Shown one piece after another: positions 49,961 to 62,491 of a stretch of DNA of 64,000 nucleotides. Both the position numbers and the translations under genes were made by a program. The stretch lies in NCBI RefSeq assembly GCF_001194135.2, contig NC_068983.1:56200598-56264597 (forward strand), written 5' to 3'. The stretch comes from Octopus bimaculoides (Eukaryota). Every line of letters starts with the position of its first letter. Position 1 is the stretch's first letter. The notes below the pieces were generated by a model. It ran no database searches. It was not told the DNA's origin and worked only from the letters and a program-made list of their open reading frames with translations.

Positions 49961-50529
49961 ATTTTGATTTTCTATAACTTATATCCTGCAATCTAGTTCA
50001 TTCAGTAATTTATTCACCAAAACAAACCGATCTTCAATTATACATGATGCTGGAAAACACAATTATTTTGTTCTCATTTCGTTCCATAACATTGGTTAGT
50101 GTTTTAGAGTCTTTTAACGACTCTAATTCCAGTCTTTCTTTATTTTATACATCACTGGTTCGTAACAATTTTCCTGAGGTAGCTTCCTTTTGTCCAATAT
50201 ATTTTTAGACGGCAACTGTCACAAAAAATTAATTAAAGAAATTCTTTCAAACACTTTTATTTAATATCCTTGGGATTGATGCTTTTACTGCTAAATATAG
50301 ATTCTTCGGTTCTATATCGTGAGTTTCATTGTTATGTCACTCGCTTTGTATAACGTCCAATTTCTTTATGTTGTGATAGTTTCGCCAAAATATACGCAGC
50401 TTCAGCGATGATGGCAAACGCAATTATTTTGTAGCAATTTCCACCCATAACATTGGTTATGGAGTTTTAGAGCGTTTTAATGGCCAAAATCAAGGCTTTC
50501 TTATTTCATCATATCTATATTTGGTGCTA

Positions 50530-50880
50530 CGGCAATGAGCTGGCGGACTCGTTACAACGTCGGACAAAATGTTCAGCGGCGTTTCTTCCGGGTCTTTGCG
50601 CTCTGAGTTCAGTGTTTTAATGACCCAAATCCAGTCTTTCTTATTCTATCATATCTATATTTGGTGCCAAGCCAGTGAGCTGGAGGAATCATTAGACCGT
50701 CCGACAAAATGTCTAGCGACATTTCTTTCGGTCCTTTGCGCTCTGAGTCCAAATCCCGCCGAGGTCTCAAATTTGCTTTTCATCTCTACGGGGTCGATAA
50801 AATAATGTATCAGTCAAGTACAGGGGCCGATGTAATTGACCTGCCTCCTCCTGTGCAAAACTACTGGCTTTGGACCCTGA
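50530..50880 (+). mobile_element. SINE family A with a locally duplicated head
   Basis: Heads at ~50530 and ~50670 share the same upstream flank. Confidence 0.75.
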
Positions 50881-51524
50881 AGGGGAATGACGCTGGATTC
50901 GGGGTGGGGGATGTTGTGATCTCGGTTATTTATACATGAAAACTGGGTAACCAGCCTTATGAGCGCCAGAACTCAGGAAATTATAAAAAGAGATATTTTG
51001 TGCTATCGTAGTACCGTAATTCAATAAATTCTTTAATATTTATATTTTCACATCCGCCATCATCGCAACAAAATACGTTTATCGTGAATGGTTTTACTTC
51101 AAAGAAACACATAAGAATTTTTTTTTTTTTTGTTCTTACTCATTTTTAACGATAATAAGTATCCAGAATATATTTCAAGATCCATTTTGTCAAGTAAAAG
51201 AATTTTTTCGTCATCTCAAGCTTACTGTGAAATATTTCTAGAATTAAATTTGCTTGAAAAAATTTCTCCATTTTTTCTCCTTACCTAAATGCTTTCAATA
51301 TTATTTTACAATCAATCAATGTAACGGATTTTCCTTGAATTTAAAATCATGCCTCATTAAACTTTCAAAATATCCAAGCTAAATAATATCAGCTATTTTG
51401 ATATTTCTTTATTTTCTTTAGATATTCATACGCCTCCTACTTTCTAGAAAGTTTAACCAGCGTATCATAAAGATTTATAAATCTTAGTAAGTAGTTTCTC
51501 TTGGAGAGCCATCTGACTTTTAAT

Positions 51525-51955
51525 CGTTTATTTATTTCAGTCATAGGAGCGCGGCCACGCCGAGGCACTATTTGAACCGGTTTAATCGAACAAATGGACT
51601 TCATTTCTGACATTTTTTAAAGTCTGATACTTATCTAATTGGTTGTTTGGCTGAACCACTAAGTTATGCGCCTCTAAATAAAACGACACCGGTTGCGACA
51701 TAGTACGTTGACAAACACAAAAACACACATACACATACTTGCTCACGCACATACATGTATGTATGTACACACACACACATATACACACACATAAAAGGAT
51801 TCCGGTCAGTTTCTGTTTTCTAAATAAATTCTTTCGCGAAGCATTGGTAATCTCGGGGTTAAAATAGAAAATACGTGCCCGAGGTGGCACACTGTTGAAC
51901 TGAATCCAAAGTCACGACGTTGTGAAGGTGGCTCCTTAACTACATAACCATCTGA
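51525..51955 (-). mobile_element. SINE family B, diverged
   Basis: Tail TTTCAGTCAT..GCGGCCACG and head remnant near 51900-51950. Confidence 0.7.
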
Positions 51956-52079
51956 CTTCTGTATATAGAAGAATTTTTTTATAATGTTTATTACAATCTG
52001 CACAAAACAAGAAGGTGACATTATTTATGTGATTCTCATTTATGCATTGATTTAATAACTTATGCTTTGAAACTAATAT

Positions 52080-53620
52080 AGAAATGAACTGACGCTATTT
52101 GATTGCGTCTGTGAATAAAGCAATCCATTGCAATGATTCCAGAGTAAGTTTTATCAAATGTGCTACGTATGAAGCATTCACGTCTTCCGACATTTGTGGT
52201 AGCCCAATCAGGAGCAATAGATACGAAATGTTCTAATGCAGGTTTTGCTCAAACCAGAACCTTAAACCTTTGCCTGTCCAAAGCATTTTCATAAGTTTGT
52301 TATAAAGGTCCGCGGAGACGCAATGGCCCAGTGGTTAGGGCAGCGGAATCGCGGTCATAGGATCTCGGTTTCGATTCCCAGACCGGGCGTTGTGAGTGTT
52401 TATTGAGCGAAAACACCTAAAGCTCCACGAGGCTCCGGCAGTGGATGGTGGCAAACCCTGCTGTACTCTTTCACCACAGCTTTCTCTCACTCTTTCTTCC
52501 TGTTTCTGTTGTACCTGTATTTCAAAGGGCCAGCCTTGCCACACTGTGTCACGCTGAATATCCCCGAGAACTACGTTAAGGGTACACATGTCTCAACCAT
52601 TTGCTCAGCCATTTGCACATTAATTTCACGAGCTGGCTGTTCCGTTGATCGGATCAACTAGAACCCTCGACGTCGTAAGCGATGGAGGGCCAACAATATA
52701 AAGGTCCATGCTCGTTGTCTGACCTTTAGCTCGCCCTTGTTTTATACGTTCTGTGTAATAAAACTTTCTTTCAAAAAGCCCAAAGTTACTATGGAGGTTT
52801 TAAAAAAGGGATATGTGTATCATATATGATGCACAGACGCTAGGGAAGTATATATGTGTATCACACGTGATACACAGGATAAGCAAAGGGTTAAAGCAAT
52901 AAAAGCAAGATTTTCATATCGTGTCAGTATCTATAGAATAAAAAATATCGTCTTTCAATTTACAGTCATTATTTAAGTAACATACAAACGCCATGAGAAG
53001 ATCGTTATCAACAACTGAGGGCTCATCAGCTTGCATTGAGGGAAAAGCGTTTTCAATCTTTCAACTAATTGCTCATCAATATTCAGAGATATTTCATCAA
53101 TATCTCTTTGCATTGAATCTTTGCTTAAACGTTTCAAGTTATCTGAATGATCTTCATACTTCATATTTGAAATATTAGTTTCCAACATAGACCTTATAAC
53201 CTTCTCAGTAATTTTATCACAGCCACTTTTTTCTTTATTTTGCAACGATTTTTGCATTCTCATATAACGCAACATTGCCTTCATGAAAATTGCTATCTCT
53301 TTATTTTATAAAATGTGTAAAATAGGTGGCATCTCAAATTGATTTCCAATTTCTTTTTAATAATTCAACGGTTTTATTAGCGTTTATCTGGATGCCTCCT
53401 TTTTAAATGATTAGAAATTCTTCGAGGGTTAAAGTTCCACCGGAAAGACTACTGTTACACAAAAGACATTTCTTCTATCGATTTGGTTTTCTACAAAACG
53501 ATAAGATAAGTTTTCAACGCAGTATAAACGCCACATTTTTATACTCAGTTTTAGATTATTAAGGTATCTTGCACATTATGTGTTTATACTAAAACAAATG
53601 GAGACCATAAAGTATTAAGA
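52080..53620 (-). mobile_element. hAT (Charlie/Buster-like) transposase remnant, interrupted by a family C SINE
   Basis: CLLCNSSLS..HLKRRHPDK, RLSKDSMQRDIDEISLNIDEQLVERLK and IIAMDCFIHRR. Confidence 0.75.
52312..52696 (+). mobile_element. SINE family C, full length with TSD
   Basis: 11-bp TSD TATAAAGGTCC at 52301-52311 and 52697-52707. Confidence 0.95.
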
Positions 53621-53689
53621 ATATATGAATTTATATAAAAGGTTACATGTATCATTATAATGCTGTGGAGGTGTTATATATATTAGAGC

Positions 53690-54005
53690 ACCTCGTCGTT
53701 TACGACGACAAGGGTGCCAGCTGATACGGTCAACAGAACAATTTTCCTTGTGAAATTAACGTGGTTGAGCATTCCACAGACACGTGTGCCCTTAACGTAG
53801 TTCTCAAGGAGATTCAGCGTGACACAGAATGTGACAAGATTGGCCCTTTGAAATACAGGTACAACTCATTTTTGCCAGCTGAGTGGACTGGAGCAATGTG
53901 AAATGGAGTGTCTCGCTCAAGGACACAGCGCGTCGCCGGGAATTGAACTCACGACCTTAAGATCGTGAACTGAATGCCCTAACCACTAGGCCACGCACCT
54001 TCACA
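53690..54005 (-). mobile_element. SINE family C/D
   Basis: CACCTCGTCGTTTACGACGAC..CCCTAACCACTAGGCCACGCACCT. Confidence 0.85.
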
Positions 54006-54087
54006 ACTCCCCTAAATTACTCATTTTTTTATCGTTATGTTTAATGATTACAATTTTGTTGTGATGTCAAGTGATTGATTGCCGTTT

Positions 54088-54216
54088 CTGTGGAGGTGCA
54101 ATGGCCTAGTGGTTAGGGCAGCGGACTCGCGGTCTTAGGATCGCAGTTTCGATTCCCAGACCGGACGTTGTGAGTGTTTATTGAGCGAAAACACCTAAAG
54201 CCCCACGAGGCTCCGA
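54088..54216 (+). mobile_element. SINE family C head
   Basis: GGAGGTGCAATGGCCTAGTGGTTAGGGC..TTTCGATTCCC. Confidence 0.85.
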
Positions 54217-55692
54217 CATGATGATAACACTGGTGAATAAGATTAACGAACTACATTCATGCATAGCATTTGCGCCTTTAGAAAGAGACTAAATACTCTG
54301 TCGGAAAACTCTGATGTAACACCGTTTGACTTCGCGCGTATCCAATGATGTTGACTAGTTTTTCTATTGTGGCAAATGCACATATTTAAAAAGCGGGACC
54401 TGGCCCTCATACGGTCTTTCCCCACTTTTATAACAATTCAGACACATGCACCGCTTGATTTAGAACAGTTTTATTATGAGTTGCATCCGATGGCAGGATG
54501 TTTGCTGAAAACAAAGCAAAACACGCAACAGAAAATGTTTTGTTGGTATAAAAAACATGGGTCAACAAGGGTGGTAAGCCTTCTTAACACCTGCTGCAAG
54601 AAGCTCGCATCGCTGGCACATCTGTATATGAAAGGGTATAGGGCCACGACCATGCGGAATTAACAGAACAACCAAGCGATGGCATTGATCGAAATCGAGT
54701 TGAAGCCATTTACAAATATATGTATATATCTGTGTGTGTGTGTGTGTGTGTGTGTGTATTTGCGAGTGTGTTGGAGTATTATTTACATACATAAAAGAAG
54801 AAATGAATATGTACAAGGGTCTTTTTATTTTACTTCTAAGCTTAACACGAAGCTCAATAGAAATCGTAATATGGTATTGCTAACGGTATTACAAAGGCAA
54901 TACTTTCCTTTATAGAAGAACCGTGGTTTTTTACAATAATAGTTTGGTGTGCAATGCCTTGACATGCTTAATTATACATTCTGAAGATACTTGCCATAAA
55001 AATTCCTTCTGAAACACACTCGGCGAACTTTATTCAAAGAGAATAGGATTCTTCATTTCCAAGGAATCCTTCAAATGGTTAAAAAGAGATATTGTGTTAG
55101 GACATGAACGAAAAAACACCATCTATTTCAATGGATGCTGGATATTTACAATGGAGAACTGGTTTTATAAAAAAGACATAGGAAGCTTCAAAAGGAGCTT
55201 CTGAGGAGTGAAATGAGTTGGTTGATGTTTTATTGAAACTGCTGTTCAAAATATTGAAATCCAAGCAGAATAGATGAAACGAAAATAAAAGGCGAGCCTA
55301 TGAACTCATATTGTAATTTAATAAACTCCAAATGAGTTTGAGGACAGATTCGGTAGAGTGATACGGAAAAATCGATTTTAGAATCTTTAGTTAAATTTTT
55401 GTCAATTCTGGCACCAAATTTCAAATCTTACCAAAGTTGATTGTGCCTTTCATCCGTTGGGGGTTCGAATCATAAATAACACTGAAGTACTGGAGGGGGA
55501 TTTAATAATGAAGCATACCTATCCTAAAATCTGAGGGCTTCGTGACCGTAGCAAAATATTTACAGTCAAAATGGTTATTAAAATCATTATTAAGGCGGTG
55601 AGCTGACAGAATCTTTAGCACGCTGGACGAAATGCTTAGCGGCATTTTATCCTCCTCCTCCTCCTCCTCCTTTTCCTTCTTCTTTTCCTTCT

Positions 55693-56191
55693 TGAGTAAG
55701 AGAGTAGTGCATGCCACCAAAGTGACACTGAGGTAAAATATACGAAGCCTAACATACACAACATGACTACCCATCTGATAAGGGTACACCAAGCACATGC
55801 ATCACAACCATATGTGCACAACATGATTATCTTATATCAAGATAAACAGCGCATGAACTTGCAGGTTGGGCCCAGTTAGAATTTTCTTCAGGTCGAGTAG
55901 CCCATCCCACTCAAAAGGTCCCTGAATAAGGTTTGTTTAAAGATGTTGGACGAAACAACCATGTTTCCAGATGTGAATTATCCAAACCCCAAAGAATTCC
56001 TTTCAACACTTGGTTATGGTGCACCCCGACTATTTCTGCTCGTGATCAGAGATGCACATATCGTCAGCCACTTAGAGACATACTCAACTGGTTAAAGTCA
56101 AACAACGGACAAGCAAATCTGTGGTATTGAGCAGAATATCTGCTGTAGCCCTGCTTTTATACCAAGTCAAAACAATGTACATGGTAACATC
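55693..56191. mobile_element. Repeat family F, longest copy
   Basis: Colinear with 32853-33245 plus a ~150 bp segment missing there. Confidence 0.8.
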
Positions 56192-56236
56192 ATTATTATT
56201 ATTACTATTATTGTTGTTGTTGTTTATGTTGTTTGA

Positions 56237-57860
56237 TGAAAGCACTCACCTTATTTTGCTGGGTATGATGGAAAGTGTCCACAGCCACCAGGCTAAGGTG
56301 ACACTTGTTTACTGACCACGCTTCAAGTACCCTGGGAGATAACTCTCACAGTTCCAAGCATTGCTGATTTTTGCCGGTGTCCTACTTTTATATTTGTACC
56401 AATCTTTTTGAACCCCGTTGGTAGTTGAGTGCTGATACTTTCAAGCGCACTAATCACTATTGTTATCACGTCCACTCTCATCATTTCCCACAACCTGCGT
56501 ATTTCCCACTTCAGTTAGTCATATTTGTTCAAATTTTCTTCTTTTTCTTCGATCCTATTGTTACTAGGAAATGCTACAAGGTGGTATCAAAAAATTCCCG
56601 GACTAGTTCTGTAGCGCGCCAACAAATGGCAGCACATGGTTGCGTGTGCAATGAGAGCTAGCAGTGACCTTCATAAGGCAGTGTGTTGACTAACATTGCT
56701 GGGTTTACTTCACAAGCTGTGAAATTTGTGTTTTTGTGATCACGTGTATGCTGTAGTCTGCGATTTTGTCACGGACAGATTGTTGGGACAAGAGCCAACG
56801 TGAAATGTTGCGTTAAACTTGAGAAGTTTGCTGTAGAGACATTGAGCATGCTTCGGCAAGCTTACGGAAATGAGGCAATGGGTCGAGCACAATACTTCGA
56901 GTAAAACGGGTGCTTCAAAAGCGGAAGAACGTCCCTCAAAGATGATGAGCAATCTGGAAGACCTGCCATGAGCATCACCCCTGGAAATGGGGTATTGTGC
57001 ATCGAGAAATTGTTCCTCTGGGCCAGACGGTAATCGAAAGTTCTACTGCGATGTTTTGAAGCCTTTGAGAGAGGACATTCGGTGAAAGCGACCGGATCTG
57101 TGGAGCGCAAAGAATTCGGATTCTTAATGACGACAATTCCTCCTGTCACCAAACTTTCCTCACTCATGCGTTTCTTGCCAAAAGCAAATTGGCGTCACTT
57201 CCGCACTCGCCATATTCGCCAGATTTAGCCCCTGCAGACTTTTATTTCTTCTCCAAGATGAAAATGCAGCTCAAAGGTCAGCGCTTTAGCACCGTTGTCG
57301 TGATCCAGATCGTATTGCAGAAGATCCTCGACTCCCTTACGAAAATGACTTCCAGGCCGGATTCCAAAAGCACCAGAAACACTGAAACCGGGGTATTGCT
57401 GCGCAGGGTAACTATTTCGAAGGAGATGGTGTTAAAACGAAGGTGAATAAGTTATTTTAATTAAACATAACTAGTCCTAGAACATTTTGATACCGCCTCA
57501 TATGTCGATTACCATGTATGCTTTTTTGTTTTTCTTTCTTTCTGTTCACCATATCAGGTTTCCGATATCTGATCAGGTGGTCACACTCAATCATTGTATC
57601 CCACAGAATTTTGCAATCTTCAGTCATAGTAAGTTCCTCTAAGATATGGTCATATTATGCCTTTGAAATTTCAAGGCCATGATTTCCACATACCTCACAA
57701 CGTGTCATTCTTGTTATATGTTCATGTCTTTTGTATTCGCGTTGTGCCAATTTCAAGCAATCACTAACAATATGACATATTGTTTCATCCTTCTCACCAC
57801 ACATTCTACATTCCTTGCTCTCAGTTGTGCCAACAATTCTGCACGTATGTGTCTACATAT
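56237..57860 (-). mobile_element. R4/Dong-type LINE 3' fragment split by a mariner insertion
   Basis: CRMCGEKDETICHIVSDCLKLAQREYKRH, KILWDTMIECDHLIRYRKPDM and QKSAMLGTVRVI. Confidence 0.8.
56577..57500 (+). mobile_element. Mariner, internally deleted, both TIRs, TA TSD
   Basis: TIRs CAAGGTGGTATCAAAAAATTCCCGGACTAGTT and AACTAGTCCTAGAACATTTTGATACCGCCTCA. Motifs SLKDDEQSGRP and PHSPYSPDLAPADFYFF. Confidence 0.92.
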
Positions 57861-58197
57861 ATAATTAATTTTCTGTTCAGCATTAACTAATCTTCTCTTG
57901 ACAAAGGAAGCCAGATTTTTTTTAAATCGTCATGTAATTGGTTTCCGGTTACATACCCGCGACCTTTTGCAGAAGTCATGAGAAAATCAGGATTATTATG
58001 ATTACTACGTAACTCTGAGTTTCCTGAAACAGCTGTCGAGTTAGCAAATAATATATAATTTTTAATATATTTTGTTCTGTGTTTTTATGCCCCATGGAAA
58101 TATATCTGTATCAAGTCTATTTGTGTTCATCACTAATGCTACACATACATACACAATCACACACTCAACCGCACACACAATTGCACACACACACACT

Positions 58198-58253
<56 letters not shown>

Positions 58254-58754
58254 CACATATGCAATCACAGACACAAACACATTATACATTATATATTTTA
58301 TATTTTAAAACAAATCCACTAACTTTTGTCGGACTCAGTTTGAAGAGAATCTTATTACGCATATTTTTTCGAAATAAGTTGAATGTACGACGGATAATTG
58401 TTTGTTTCTACTGTTAAAACTGAATTGAATAGTTAAGATGATATACGAGTTCAATGAAAGTATTTTTTGCCCATCAAGAATGATGTTGCTTGAATAAACA
58501 TAAGATTTCCAGGAAGAATAATTCTCGGGTATTGATACTGAAAATTCTTTGGTTGACCCAAATATCAATAGAAATATTTCTCTTGCTCCAAGGTGGAATG
58601 GTAATATAATGCAGGAACCATCATAGAGGATGTGTCACTCAGTTGCAAACACATGCAAATATACCTCTCCCCGCCACATACGCACTTACGCACGTATCCA
58701 AAGCATAATTATATACAAATATATAATTATGTATGCTTGCATATTATATTCATC

Positions 58755-58853
58755 CATATATATGTATGTATATATATATATATATATAATATTCATCCAT
58801 ATATATGTATATAAACATATATATATATATATATATATAGACATATATTTATA

Positions 58854-58899
<46 letters not shown>

Positions 58900-58906
58900 C
58901 ATATAT

Positions 58907-58954
<48 letters not shown>

Positions 58955-59170
58955 GGATGTATGTGTGTATGTGTGCGCGTGAATGTACACATAACTACAA
59001 ATATGTGTATGTATATATATATATGTATACATGCATATGTATATATGTTACATATGTTATATGACACATACATGCATACATATATATATATATATACATA
59101 CATATATACACACACACTCACACATACATATATACACACACATATATATATTAATCAGCTACACACACAC
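58755..59170. repeat. Compound (TA)n/(CA)n/(TG)n microsatellite
   Basis: Read directly from the sequence. Confidence 0.95.
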
Positions 59171-60084
59171 GTTCACGCGCACGCGCGAAACAGACTTTAA
59201 ATTTCGGATACATGTGTCGACTGTAGGGATGTGTGGAGCAAGATTTGTGTCTCTGTAGATTTCTGCATTAGTTTATGAGCTCAGCATATTTCGGCACAAA
59301 GCATTAATATATTCGTTGCTTTTAAGTAAACCTGCAATATTGGAGAAATGTCCAATAAATAAATAGAACACAATACGAAATATAGATGCTATAGCTATCA
59401 TTCAATATGCTTACGTAAGGCATTTCATAATTATTATCATTGAATATTCAGGTACGTTGTTATTTCTACCTTATTTCAGTTACAGAAATCACTAATATGC
59501 GTTTTTTGGTGTTTTTCAGTTCGGTGAAAGAAGCCCAGCTTTACATTCACGTTTATTGAACGCTCCTCCGATTCGTTTTGCATTTCATGATCTCTATTGT
59601 CCACTTGAAATATAACGCCATTTTCTTATCAACGTCAAGTCCACTGTGAATTGTATGAGGAAATATTACACATTCGTCCCTTACGTTAGCTCTGCCGCTT
59701 ATATTTCGTTTAGCTGAGTTTATGATCCACTTTTGATGATGCTGGATCGTTAATGCTGAATCACAAAGTAATGAGCGTATCTCCATCTTTTCTAGAATAT
59801 CTGAAATGTCATATTGATGTGTGTACATTGTGTTAATGTAACTCACAAATGGCAACAACTTTAGCGTATTGAATCCTGTGTTATGAGATCAATTCTTTTC
59901 ATATTTTCTAATTACCACTCCTTATGAATAAAAATAACATATTTGAACGAAATATCAGTTAGTCTTTAGTTATGCTTCTTTGTGTTCTTAGTTCAAATCA
60001 TCCTGAATATAATCTTGCTTTTCATTCTCCAGCTTTAGTAAAATAGCCATTAATAAATTAATAGATGTAACATTTCGGGTTATC

Positions 60085-60310
60085 AGTCTCTATATTTTTA
60101 TTCTTTTATTCTTTTACGTGTTTCAGTCATGTGATTTCAGCCATGCTGGAGCACCGCATTAAGGATTTTCTAATCGAAGAAATCGATTCCAGGACTTATT
60201 CTTTGTAAACCTGGTACTTATTCTATCGGCCTCTTATGCCGAATCGCTAGTTTACGAGGACGTAAGCACACCAACATCGGTTGTGAAGTGATGGTAGAGG
60301 GACAAGCACA
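60085..60310 (-). mobile_element. SINE family B 3' half
   Basis: TTCTTTTATTCTTTTAC..GCCATGCTGGAGCACCGC..ACTTATTCTATCGG. Confidence 0.85.
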
Positions 60311-60339
60311 GACCTTGATTTTCCAGTACGTGTAGTTTA

Positions 60340-60560
60340 GCATATCTTAGAATATGGTGACGTAGTTATTCTCAGACATCTTCTTTGGGCAAATCGACCA
60401 GTCCCAGGCTCTGTTCAACCTGCAGATGTAATGTGTCTTACTTAAGATTGGGCAGCAATAGTTTATGTGGTGAAATGTGCCCTCCTCCACCTCCTCATAT
60501 ACTTCACTTAATATACTCTGTCTCATTCAATACTGTTTCTGTTCACGGTTGCAAATACTT
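60340..60560 (-). mobile_element. Highly degenerate R4/Dong CCHC-finger remnant
   Basis: EGTFHHINYCCPILSKTHYICRLNRAWDWSICPKK resembles ETIDHVVSMCSLLAPTEYLNRHDRAAQYIHWVICK at 11900-12000. Confidence 0.45.
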
Positions 60561-62432
60561 TAATCACGTTCCGTGATCAAAAATCCCTCAATCCAAACAA
60601 TTTGTCAACTAATAAGGTATTTTTTCCCCTTTTTCTACCTAATCTTTATTTTTAACATAATGGCCATGAAGTGGCTTTTCCTACCGCAGTTTTAACACAA
60701 CATTCAGTCGCTAGCGTTTTCATAATTTCTGCCGTTGTTTTAGCCTTTGTCTTTACATCTATCTAATATTTCAGTCTATTAGTTTCGTTGAAAGCAGACG
60801 ACAATGCTTTTTTTGCTTACGTTTTGTCGGTATTTGCATTAATCTAAAAATATTCTTAATAGATAATTGTTTGGTTGTACACTGAATATTAACAATTTTC
60901 TAGTTGCACACTCTTCTACCTCCGCTTATTCACTATAAATACAATCTTTCTCGGTCAGATTTCGGCAGATCTTTGCTAAATGCACCCAGTTTGTTTGCGC
61001 TTTTCTGTTTTGTCTTTTCAATTTATTTGATTCTTACTTAAAATATAACTATAATTATCACTATCATCATTTTATTGTTATCATTATCGTTATTGTCTTT
61101 ATTGTTCTTATGTCATTGCACAGTTTGGATATAAAACACGTTTTCTTTTGTTTTTTGTTTAACATTAACTATCAAACTTTGACAAAAAGTGTTAGACAGA
61201 AACCACCTTTCTTAGAATATGAGCTCTTCCAAGGCGGGAATATCTTATGTCACTCGTAGAATAGAATGATAATTTCCTTTCCAGACTCTATAAGGAGTCG
61301 ATCCGCGTATTTTCTGAAAAATAACCAAATTTATAAATAGTATCTTGAGAATGAGACGTGAGGTTTGTAAGAGAAAATGGGAGAAAGGGGGAAAAAGAAT
61401 TGTGGACGTGACCTTTATTATTACAAGCAAGATCTTCACTCACCAAATAAAGTAGGGAAGATGTAATAACATTAAATAAATTGCATCGCCATCCTCTCTG
61501 CTAAGCAGACAGTAACAAAAACCATCAACAGCTGTAATAAATCTAGCAGAAATAGTGCAGTAACAACAACAAAAACATTATCAGAATCACCACCACCACC
61601 ACCACCACCACCATGAACATAACCAATAACAGGAACAACGACAGCTGCTCTCTCCAATGTTATTATCATTACAAGTATTGGAATACATGCAAACAAAACT
61701 ACAATATCAACTCTTGGATCAGTTATTAGACCAGGATTGCTGCCGTGAAAAATTGCAACACTTGCATAACCATCGGCCCTCACCATACATATACATAAGA
61801 CAATACCTTGCTCTCAGTCATGGATCAATTATTCGCTTGAAAATGAAAAGACATTGAGCAAAAAATAAAAACTGCATTTTATTATCGGCGTAATTACTTT
61901 ATCAATTGTTGAAAGCAAAAAATATTCACTGACTCCAATCTGCTAGATACGAGAGCAAAAGAATTAGAAAGCTTGACCACTCTACTCCCAGCACAAATTG
62001 AAAGTGAACGAAGGATGTTTGGAGTTCCATACCGTCTGTCAAAAAATGGGGTAATATAGAGTGACTGTGATTTTATGCCTCAATGAAAAGGACTCAAGGG
62101 AAATAACCTTAAAAAAAATACTCGTTTGAACTGTATTACAGTCACCCTTTATAAAGCAATGATTCACCAAGGTGATTGCCAACGATGTTTTACCAGAAAT
62201 AAGTATAATGGGAGACTGGCAACTCGAAAACAACCTCATATAATAATTACTTGGAGTTTAAATTAGAGGTGAAAATGCTAATAAAATCTAAAAACAATCT
62301 GATTATCCAAACCGCACCTCATGTATTTGATGATTGGGCATTCGATGAAATTTGTGTTGAAGAGTAGGAGACCTAGGCTTTATAAATGTGGTTGCACTAG
62401 CCACCTCAACCCGAATGGTTTTAGTTTAGAAA

Positions 62433-62491
62433 ATGGCCGTAAAGGCCTTTGGCATTTTACTTGTTGCTTTGGCTTTCACTGCACTTGCCTG
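62433..62491 (+). CDS. Candidate first coding exon of a secreted or membrane protein (signal peptide MAVKAFGILLVALAFTALA-W/C)
   Basis: Strong start context AAAATGG, a basic residue followed by a hydrophobic core, and a canonical donor CTG|GTAAGA. The unspliced frame stops inside the donor. No downstream exon was found in the window. Confidence 0.4.

Noticed and set aside
59453-59519. Small GT-AG intron
   Set aside because: Joining the flanks gives no open frame, and nothing else supports it.
61283-61345. TATA-box promoter
   Set aside because: TATAA motifs are common in AT-rich DNA and there is no independent support.
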